In this document: positions 16,246 to 23,564 of the stretch, in pieces | How the letters are laid out: each line of letters begins with the position of its first letter | Position numbering within the stretch: position 1 is the first letter of the stretch | Origin: a candidate division WOR-3 bacterium | GTDB taxonomy: Bacteria; Hydrothermota; Tepidihabitantia; Tepidihabitantales; JAOUPE01 | NCBI GenBank assembly: GCA_039801565.1 | Contig: JBDRUX010000015.1 | Span: 1-31,793, forward strand | Reading direction: 5' to 3' | Length of the DNA stretch: 31,793 bases | Position numbers and translations under genes: made by a program | The notes under the pieces: model-generated | Database searches by the model: none | Seen by the model: only the letters and a program-made list of their open reading frames with translations | What the model was told of the DNA's origin: nothing

Positions 16246-16449
16246 GGTGACCCCGTAGGCTACCCCCTAAGCTGCCCCGTAGGTCGCTTGGGGAGTAGCC
16301 TCAGAAGCTACTTCGGGAGTTGGTTAGGGAGCAAGTTCGGGAGCGGGTTAGGGGACGACCTCGAAAGCGACCCGGTAGGCAACTTAGGAAGCAACCTGGG
16401 GAGCAATCCAGTGGGTAGCCCTGTAGGTCACCTGGAAAGCAACCTCCTA
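16246..16449. repeat. Degenerate 12-bp-period GC-rich tandem repeat (17 units)
   Basis: 16 of 17 units begin RGY (e.g. agcgacccggta, ggcaacttagga, agcaacctgggg); about 59% GC counted over 16261-16440. Confidence 0.75.
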
Positions 16450-16726
16450 TACCGCCTCATTATTTCCCTAATCCTTATAACCGGTGCCTCAATCACTAAT
16501 TTAAAAATGGTTCAAAATGTTCAATTGTTTAATTTGTTGTGCGATAAACCGCATCGCTACAAATTCATTGTTTTTCTTTTCTACTGGGGCTGTTTTTGTT
16601 TGTCGGGCACCAGTTTTTTTATAATACAAAAATTACCCATTTTCCAATTCCCCCAAAATCTGATTATATCTCATTTTCGCTATTGAATGCAATTTTGGTT
16701 TTGTAACTTGTCAAATTTAATCTAAT

Positions 16727-16754
16727 TTGACTTTTTGCTGCTTTTGATTATAAT
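16727..16754 (+). promoter_or_regulatory. sigma70-type promoter, probable leaderless start
   Basis: TTGACT-16nt-TATAAT, GTG 5 nt downstream, no SD. Confidence 0.7.
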
Positions 16755-16759
16755 CCAGC

Positions 16760-17488
16760 GTGGATTTTGCGGTTGAAGTTTCTGAACTGGTCCGAGATTA
16801 CGGCGCACTGCGCGCCTTAAACGGTATCTCTTTTAATATTAAAGAGAATGAAATCTTTGGACTGATTGGTCCAAACGCCTCAGGTAAGACCACAACCCTA
16901 AGAATTGTCGCAACCTTACTCAAACCAACCCAAGGCGAAGTAAAAGTCTTTAATTTTTCGGTTACGAAAAATCCTGATGCGGTACGCAAGTTGATAAGTT
17001 ATCTGCCCGAAGATGCCGGTGCCTATAAGAACTTAAGTGGTATTGATTATCTTCGGTTTATGGCAACTTTCTATTCAGCTAATAATAACGAACTGAAAGC
17101 GATAGTGGAACAAGGGATGAATATCGCGGACTTGAAAGAACGAATCTATGATAAGGTGAAGACCTATAGTAAAGGTATGGCAAGAAAACTCCTTTTAGCC
17201 CGTGCCTTGATGGTGAAACCAAAATTGGCAATCTTAGATGAACCGACATCAGGCTTAGATGTGGCAAATTCTTTGGAAATTCGAGAAAGGATAAAGACCT
17301 TTGCTCGGGAAGGAACTACCGTGCTTTTATCTTCCCACAATATGTTAGAAGTTGAGTTTCTTTCTGACCGGGTAGCATTGATTAAGAATGGCAGAATCAT
17401 TGAAAGTGGAACCCCAGAAGATTTGAAGCGAAAATATAACGGACGCAACTTAGAAGAAGTCTTTATGAAAGTGGAGAAAGTGAATTGA
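16760..17488 (+). CDS. ABC-2 exporter ATP-binding subunit (NatA-like)
   Basis: GPNASGKTT, YSKGM signature variant, LDEPTSGLD and SSH. Confidence 0.93.
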   Translation: MDFAVEVSELVRDYGALRALNGISFNIKENEIFGLIGPNASGKTTTLRIVATLLKPTQGEVKVFNFSVTKNPDAVRKLISYLPEDAGAYKNLSGIDYLRFMATFYSANNNELKAIVEQGMNIADLKERIYDKVKTYSKGMARKLLLARALMVKPKLAILDEPTSGLDVANSLEIRERIKTFAREGTTVLLSSHNMLEVEFLSDRVALIKNGRIIESGTPEDLKRKYNGRNLEEVFMKVEKVN

Positions 17489-18768
17489 GAGTTCTTGGTA
17501 ATCTTTTAAGAAAAGAAGTTAAAGAACTTTTGACCCGCCAGCTTTTGATTCCATTTATCACAATAATGATTCTATTTCTTTTCATCGGTCGGGCGATTCG
17601 AGGTGAAAGGCAAAGGGCAAGCGCACCCCAGAAGATTTTAGTTGCTGATTTTGACCGGTCTTCTTTGTCCCAAGATATTATTAAAGCCTTCAGATTGAGT
17701 GGTCTGGTGGTGATTGAGACTACTGGTGATGAAGAACAAGTCTTAACGCAAGCAAAGAAAGAAGGAATTGCCTTGGCGATTGTTATTCCTCAGGGACTTG
17801 CCCAAAATCTGTCCGAATTAAACCCAGCGGAAATTTCAGTCTATAATCTAATTCAAGGATTGTCTGCTACCCAGGCGCTGCGCGGAATTAAACTTAAGAC
17901 AATCCTTACCGCAATCAATAAAAATATCACGGCGGATTATTTAAAAAAGGCTTATCCTGAAGTACTGCCCGAAAATCTTCAGACGCCATTGCGACCTAAG
18001 GAATATATTGTAATAAGAGAAAAAGTCGCCGAAGGTAGCCCTGAATTATTGCAAGGATTATTGGTGTCACAAACCTTTATGATTCCGATTATCCTTTTGA
18101 TTACCATTATCTATACGAGCCAGATGATTGCGGCATCAATCGGTCAGGAAAAGGAGAATAAGACTTTGGAGACTTTATTAACTGTGCCAATCTCACGGGT
18201 GCAGATTGTCTTGGGTAAGATGTTAGGTGCAGTGGTGGTGGCATTAATCATTGCCGGTATCTTTGTTTTTGCCTTCAGTTATTATATGGGTTCGTTTGGT
18301 GAACTGGGTCAGATGACTCAAGCAGTTGGCAGTAATTTGACCAAGCAATTGGGCTTGGGTATTAGGTTGGAATCAGTGCTTCTGATTGCCCTCTCACTCT
18401 TCTTAGCAATTCTTTCTGCCCTTGCCTTAGCCACACTCCTTGCCATCTTTTCTGATGATGCCAAAAGCGCCCAAGCCGCAATCACGCCATTAATGATTCT
18501 TTGCTTGATTCCTTATTTCTTTACGATGTTATTTGATATCGAGACCGTTTCCTTACCAATCAAGATTATCGTCTATCTAATTCCATTCGCTTATCCATTT
18601 CTTACGCCCAAGGCATTGATTTTTGGTAACTATTCAATGATAGTTTTTGGTTTTATTTATATGGCATTATTTTCAGTCGTAGTGATTGGCATTGCGGCTC
18701 GAATCTTCAATTCCGACCGGATTTTAACCGCCAAATTAAGATTTCGTAGATTTAGCCTGCTAAGATGA
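17485..18768 (+). CDS. ABC-2 exporter permease (NatB-like)
   Basis: KEVKELL N-terminus, EKENKTLETLLTVP motif, 1+5 TM layout. Confidence 0.92.
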   Translation: MRVLGNLLRKEVKELLTRQLLIPFITIMILFLFIGRAIRGERQRASAPQKILVADFDRSSLSQDIIKAFRLSGLVVIETTGDEEQVLTQAKKEGIALAIVIPQGLAQNLSELNPAEISVYNLIQGLSATQALRGIKLKTILTAINKNITADYLKKAYPEVLPENLQTPLRPKEYIVIREKVAEGSPELLQGLLVSQTFMIPIILLITIIYTSQMIAASIGQEKENKTLETLLTVPISRVQIVLGKMLGAVVVALIIAGIFVFAFSYYMGSFGELGQMTQAVGSNLTKQLGLGIRLESVLLIALSLFLAILSALALATLLAIFSDDAKSAQAAITPLMILCLIPYFFTMLFDIETVSLPIKIIVYLIPFAYPFLTPKALIFGNYSMIVFGFIYMALFSVVVIGIAARIFNSDRILTAKLRFRRFSLLR

Positions 18769-18881
18769 ATAAACCGTTTTACTTTACTTATACCTTTGCT
18801 GCCGTGATTGTAATCTTTATTAGTATTTTGATTGCAATCCTATGGGCTTTGGGTAAATCGAATCAAGATAAAGATGAGTAA
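18765..18881 (+). CDS. 38-aa single-TM protein, probable symporter small accessory subunit
   Basis: MNKPFYFTYTFAAVIVIFISILIAILWALGKSNQDKDE; ATGA overlap with the permease stop and 8-nt overlap with the symporter start. Confidence 0.75.
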   Translation: MNKPFYFTYTFAAVIVIFISILIAILWALGKSNQDKDE

Positions 18882-20235
18882 TTACTTTTTATACAGCGTA
18901 ATATTGATTTTGTATTTGCTCATTCTGTTTTTGATTGGTCTCTTCTCAGCGCGGCGGGCAAAGAGCGAGGACGAATATTATTTAGGTGGCAGGAAGATTG
19001 GCAGTTGGGTGACCGGTCTATCTTATGTTGCAGCCTATTACAGTTCGGTAGTGATTATTGGCGGTGGTGGCTATGGTTATAAATATGGATTGGCGACAAT
19101 ATGGATTGCCGCGATTAATGTCTTATTGGGAGTGGTTTTGGTCTTTGTCGTCTTAGGCAAAAGACTTTATCAATTCACGCATAAGACTGGCATAATGACC
19201 ATACCCGATTTCTTTCAAGTTCGTTATCGGTCCGAACCAGCAAAAATTTTTTCGGCAGTGGTGATAGCCTTATTTATGATTGTTTATAATATCAGTATCC
19301 TTAAGGGAATGGCGAATATGCTGGAAGTTCTGTTAAATACCACTTATTTTATCGGACTTTTGATTTCTGGACTGGTTATTATTGTCTATGTTGTATTGGG
19401 TGGTTACTTAGCGGTAGTCTGGACCGGTTTCTTCCAGGCAATTTTGATGATTTTTGCTTTGGGTGCGGTCTTTTTCGCAACTTTGAATCGAATTGGTGGT
19501 ATCCAGGCGATATTTGACCGATTGTATGCAATCAATCCTAATTATGTCGAGACACCGGGAATCTGGGGATTTTCCGGACTTTTTACCTTTGCCTTGGTGG
19601 TCAGTTTAGGGGTATGGGGAATGCCCCAATTACTAGTCAGGTTCTATTCGGTTAAATCAAAAAAGGTCTTAAAAATTGCTGGCGTATTAGGTGCCTTAGG
19701 TGCTTCGGTTGCGGTTGTTCCTTATTTTTGTGGTGCCGCCTCCAGGATTCTTTTTCCCAATTTAACTAATGCCGACTTGGCTTTGCCGAATCTGGTAAAG
19801 GATATATTCCCGCCTTTACTCATTGCTGTGTTCATTGCTGGCGTTTTAGCCGCTGGGATGTCCACCTTTTCCGCAGTTTTGCTATTAATCACCAGTGCCA
19901 TTGTCAAAGATATCTTCAATTGGCAAAAAGGAATTTGGTTGTCAAGAATAGTCGGTTTAACAATAGGAATTATTTCAGTTCTTTTGGCGCTTAAACCACC
20001 GGGTATGGTTTTAACTCTGACTGGTTTTGCCTGGGCAGTAATTGCTTCGACCACAACTATTCCTTTAATCTTTGGGCTTTATAGTAAAAAAGAAAAGGGG
20101 AAGGCGGTTATTGTCTCAATGGTTGCCGGATTTGCCACTGCTCTTATCTGGCTCATATTAAAAAATCCTTTTGGTATTCATGGTTTCATTCCCGGTCTTT
20201 TGACTAGTTTAATAGTTTTTATCATTGCCCAATAA
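18874..20235 (+). CDS. Sodium:solute symporter family protein (PutP/PanF-like)
   Basis: YYLGGRKIG, TIPDFF..RY, GMPQLLVRFY and AAGMST; about 13 TM helices; ATG 18874 preferred over TTG 18832. Confidence 0.92.
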   Translation: MSNYFLYSVILILYLLILFLIGLFSARRAKSEDEYYLGGRKIGSWVTGLSYVAAYYSSVVIIGGGGYGYKYGLATIWIAAINVLLGVVLVFVVLGKRLYQFTHKTGIMTIPDFFQVRYRSEPAKIFSAVVIALFMIVYNISILKGMANMLEVLLNTTYFIGLLISGLVIIVYVVLGGYLAVVWTGFFQAILMIFALGAVFFATLNRIGGIQAIFDRLYAINPNYVETPGIWGFSGLFTFALVVSLGVWGMPQLLVRFYSVKSKKVLKIAGVLGALGASVAVVPYFCGAASRILFPNLTNADLALPNLVKDIFPPLLIAVFIAGVLAAGMSTFSAVLLLITSAIVKDIFNWQKGIWLSRIVGLTIGIISVLLALKPPGMVLTLTGFAWAVIASTTTIPLIFGLYSKKEKGKAVIVSMVAGFATALIWLILKNPFGIHGFIPGLLTSLIVFIIAQ

Positions 20236-20260
20236 CAAAGATATCTCCAAAATTGTAACA

Positions 20261-20289
20261 TTGACAATTTAAAAAGGTTTGTTTAAAAT
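20261..20289 (+). promoter_or_regulatory. sigma70-type promoter
   Basis: TTGACA-17nt-TAAAAT. Confidence 0.6.
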
Positions 20290-20323
20290 TAAAAATCTCA
20301 AAAGAAAGTGAGGCTTTTCTTTT

Positions 20324-20572
20324 ATGCGTAATTTAATTTTAGGATTTTTTGTCAATTTTGTCTTAAGTTATGCCCAAGGCTGGGCAATTCCGCAACGAGG
20401 CTATATGTTACGATTTGGGATATTGGGTTTTTTATTTCTGGTTTTGGTTTTTCTTCTTTTCTCAATTATCTTCTGGGCAGTGTATCTATTTTTAGTTAAA
20501 GGCAGAACGCAAGAGACCAAAAAAATAGACAATAACGCGACATCGGCTAAATCCATTGACCAGTCGCCCTGA
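20324..20572 (+). CDS. Small hypothetical membrane protein (signal-peptide-like N-terminus plus one TM)
   Basis: Own promoter, GTGAGG SD-like sequence, two hydrophobic segments. Confidence 0.65.
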   Translation: MRNLILGFFVNFVLSYAQGWAIPQRGYMLRFGILGFLFLVLVFLLFSIIFWAVYLFLVKGRTQETKKIDNNATSAKSIDQSP

Positions 20573-20668
20573 ATAGGAAATGTCCCTAAAAGTGACTATT
20601 AGTTTTTGGTTTTCAGTTCGCCCTGAGGCGGAAACAACTAATAACCGATTATCAACAACGGCATTAGA

Positions 20669-20695
20669 TTGACAATTGGCTGATTTTAATAGAAT
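20669..20695 (+). promoter_or_regulatory. sigma70-type promoter of the miaB operon
   Basis: TTGACA-15nt-TAGAAT. Confidence 0.55.
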
Positions 20696-20760
20696 ATTAG
20701 CAATGAAACTTATCCGTTTCCAACCCAATTGGAATTTTAAACCAGCTAACTTTTAATATT

Positions 20761-22056
20761 ATGAGACGCAACTTTTATATTACAACCTATGGCTGTCAGA
20801 TGAACCAGTATGATGCCGGTATTGTTAAAGAGATACTGAAATCAGCTGGTTATTCACCAGTGGCAGATGAGAACGAAGCCGATATTATCTTACTTTTAAC
20901 CTGTTCGGTTCGAAAACACGCTGAAAACCGCGCCTTGGGCCGACTGATGAGTATGAAGAGAAAAAAGGATGGTCAAAGAATTTTTGGAGTCTTAGGTTGT
21001 ATGGCACAGAATTATAAGGAGGAGTTGATTTCACACTATGGTGCAGATTTGGTGGTTGGCCCGGACGGTTATCAACACTTGCCTTCGCTCTTAGCCAATC
21101 TTTTGACAACCCAACCTAAGATGCCCCAAGTGTGGGTTGGGTTGAATCAAGAATGTTACGATGGGATTTATCCGAAAGCCGAGAGTTCATCGTTGGTGAC
21201 CGGTTTTGTTGCCATTATGCGTGGCTGTAATAACTTCTGTAGTTATTGCATCGTGCCTTATGTTCGGGGTCAGGAACGGTCAAAAAGTCCTGAGCAAATC
21301 ACCAGAGAGATTGAAATTCTGACGCAAAGTGGTGTTAAGACAATAACATTGGTCGGACAAAATGTTCTGGCTTATCATTACAATGGAATGGATTTTGGTG
21401 GCTTATTAAAAGAGGTTGAAAAGATTCCTGGTGTCGAATGGCTTCGGTTCATTACCGCTCACCCCAAAGATTTTTCAAAAGAGGTGATTACGACCTTAGC
21501 CGGTATCAAGAAATTTTGTCCCTGTATCCATTTGCCTTTGCAATCGGGCTCGAATCGGATTTTGGCATTAATGAATCGGCGTTATACCAAAGAAGAATAT
21601 CTTGAAAGGATTGAGCTTGCCCGGCAGTACATTCCTGAGGTAGTTTTTACGACCGATATAATGGTAGGCTTTCCGACTGAAACTGAAGACGATTTTAATC
21701 AGACAAAAGAAATGCTCGAAAAAATAAGATTTGATTTTGCCTATATGTTTCAATATTCGCCCCGACCCCAAACCCAAGCATTGACCATTAAACCCGAAGT
21801 AGACTTTGCCACTGGCCGCAGGCGATTGGCTAAATTAATTGCGCTCCAATCCCAAATCACTAAAGAGAATAATCAGAAACTAATTGGACAAGAACTTGAG
21901 GTTATGGTAGAGAAGCACCAAACTGATCAATCTTTGGCTCGAACTAAGAGTAATAAAGTTGTCGTCTTAGACCGATTAGAGCCAATCGGTGCGATTTTGA
22001 AAGTGAAGATTATCGGTATGCGGGGTTGGACTTTGGTTGGGGCAAAGGAACCTTAA
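20761..22056 (+). CDS. miaB: tRNA-2-methylthio-N6-dimethylallyladenosine synthase
   Basis: TYGCQMN, TCSVR..AE, GCMAQ, radical-SAM CNNFCSYC, HLPLQSGS, C-terminal TRAM domain. Confidence 0.96.
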   Translation: MRRNFYITTYGCQMNQYDAGIVKEILKSAGYSPVADENEADIILLLTCSVRKHAENRALGRLMSMKRKKDGQRIFGVLGCMAQNYKEELISHYGADLVVGPDGYQHLPSLLANLLTTQPKMPQVWVGLNQECYDGIYPKAESSSLVTGFVAIMRGCNNFCSYCIVPYVRGQERSKSPEQITREIEILTQSGVKTITLVGQNVLAYHYNGMDFGGLLKEVEKIPGVEWLRFITAHPKDFSKEVITTLAGIKKFCPCIHLPLQSGSNRILALMNRRYTKEEYLERIELARQYIPEVVFTTDIMVGFPTETEDDFNQTKEMLEKIRFDFAYMFQYSPRPQTQALTIKPEVDFATGRRRLAKLIALQSQITKENNQKLIGQELEVMVEKHQTDQSLARTKSNKVVVLDRLEPIGAILKVKIIGMRGWTLVGAKEP

Positions 22057-22074
22057 TTTGAGATTGGAGGAAAA

Positions 22075-22380
22075 ATGACAATCCTACGCGTCATTTTAAT
22101 TTTAATCATCGGTTTTTTACTGGTATTTCTGGCGCTGGAGAATTATGACATCAATACGACGGTAAGGGTATTTGGCAAGGTCTATAATGTTTCTTTATCA
22201 ATCGTTATGCTTTATGCTTTTGGCTTTGGGCTTGTGACGATTGGAATCTTTGCCGTAATTGATGAAATTCGTTTGCGGACCCGCCTTTACAAACAGAAAA
22301 AAGAACGCGATGCCCTCTATGAAGAATTGAAGGCACTGCGCAACTTAGCACTGGATATCGAAGAAAAGGAGCCAAAATGA
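22075..22380 (+). CDS. LapA-family (lipopolysaccharide assembly protein A) membrane protein
   Basis: TM-FLALEN-TM-coiled-coil layout, directly upstream of a LapB-like gene. Confidence 0.8.
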   Translation: MTILRVILILIIGFLLVFLALENYDINTTVRVFGKVYNVSLSIVMLYAFGFGLVTIGIFAVIDEIRLRTRLYKQKKERDALYEELKALRNLALDIEEKEPK

Positions 22381-23525
22381 CCGGGTTAATCATAATTCTT
22401 GTCATTGTCCTTTTTATTGCCCTTTATCCAGTAATTAGAGATGCTCTAAAACGACGAAAAATTCTAATGCCTGCCTATACTGAGGGGTTAACACTTTTAT
22501 TGGAAGGCAAAAAGGAATTAGCGCTCGAGAAATTTAAACAAGCGGTGACCCAGGATTCGGAAAATATTGACGCCTATCTGCGTCTGGCAGAACTTTATTT
22601 CGATTCGGGCGCAATCGAACGCGCCATTAAAATCTTAGAAACTCTTACTCTGCGGCGAACTTTGGACAAAAGTCAAGAGAAGAAAATCTATCAAAGTTTA
22701 GGGCAGATTTATCTTAAGACGGAACGGTTTGCTAAGGCATTGCCAATTTTTGAAGAATTGGTTCGCATTGACGAAAAGGACCTTACCAACTTTGAAATTT
22801 TACTTAGGCTCTATCAAAAGACCGAACGTTGGGATGAGAGTGAACGCTTACTAAAAAAACTTGCCAGCAAGCCAAAGGATAAAAAGCACCTAAGTTATTA
22901 TTACGCTGAACTCGGAAAGGCAGTATTGGCAAGTCAAAAGGATGTCCAACGGGCACTGGATTACTATAAGATTGCGTTGCGTTATGATAGCACAAGCGTA
23001 CCGGCTCTAATCTATCAAGGCGATTACTATTATGCCAATGGAGAAATTGAAAAAGCAATTGAGAACTGGAAAACCGTATTAAGTCATAACCCGCAACATT
23101 TTCCATTAATTCAAAAGCGCCTTGAGACCGCTTACTATGATTTGGGAATGTATGAAGAAGTGATTGAAGTTTATGAGAACCTAATCAAAAAACTGCCCGA
23201 AGACCCTAACCTCTATATTGCTTTGGCCAAGATTTACGAAAAGAAAGAAGATTTAAAACAGGCAACCGCAGTGCTTGCCCGAGCGCCGGTAAAAGGTTTA
23301 AATACCCTTTTAGCCCAAATGAATCTCGTCCTTTTGGAACTGAAGCAAGGAGCGGTGAAAAAAAGCGAATGGGTCTTGCAACAACTAATTCAGCAACTTG
23401 ATACCCAAACCGAAAATTATCGCTGCCGGAATTGTGGTTATTTGTCCAAGCAGTTTGAATGGCAATGTCCAAGATGTTTTGCCTGGGAGACGATGAAAAA
23501 ACAAGGAATCGTCGCAACCGATTAG
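22377..23525 (+). CDS. lapB: LapB-like TPR protein with C-terminal rubredoxin-type domain
   Basis: N-terminal TM anchor, TPR repeats, YRCRNCGY...WQCPRCFAWET. Confidence 0.85.
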   Translation: MTGLIIILVIVLFIALYPVIRDALKRRKILMPAYTEGLTLLLEGKKELALEKFKQAVTQDSENIDAYLRLAELYFDSGAIERAIKILETLTLRRTLDKSQEKKIYQSLGQIYLKTERFAKALPIFEELVRIDEKDLTNFEILLRLYQKTERWDESERLLKKLASKPKDKKHLSYYYAELGKAVLASQKDVQRALDYYKIALRYDSTSVPALIYQGDYYYANGEIEKAIENWKTVLSHNPQHFPLIQKRLETAYYDLGMYEEVIEVYENLIKKLPEDPNLYIALAKIYEKKEDLKQATAVLARAPVKGLNTLLAQMNLVLLELKQGAVKKSEWVLQQLIQQLDTQTENYRCRNCGYLSKQFEWQCPRCFAWETMKKQGIVATD

Positions 23526-23539
23526 AAAAGAATTAACAA

Positions 23540-23557
23540 ACCTTAGCCGGCTAAGGT
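23540..23557. promoter_or_regulatory. Perfect 18-bp palindrome covering the mutS SD-like sequence
   Basis: ACCTTAGCCGGCTAAGGT; its TAAGGT end is 7 nt before ATG 23565. Confidence 0.5.
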
Positions 23558-23564
23558 AGTAAAT

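Noticed and set aside
16246..16449. CRISPR array
   Set aside because: Units are contiguous degenerate 12-mers without unique spacers, and no cas genes are present.
16141..16686. 181-aa ORF as a real protein
   Set aside because: No SD, no recognisable domain, and low-complexity Phe/Ile-rich ends; openness is partly explained by the stop-free 12-bp repeat. Not excluded, but not supportable.
16687..16714. Minus-strand promoter from TTGACA at 16709-16714 driving an RNA across the repeat tract
   Set aside because: No TAnnnT box at a 15-18 nt spacing.
18832..18873. TTG start of the symporter given by the ORF track
   Set aside because: It lies inside the small accessory ORF; ATG 18874 gives a normal N-terminal TM start.
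20492..20728. 78-aa minus-strand ORF
   Set aside because: It overlaps the miaB promoter and the upstream small gene, has a TTG start and has no recognisable features.
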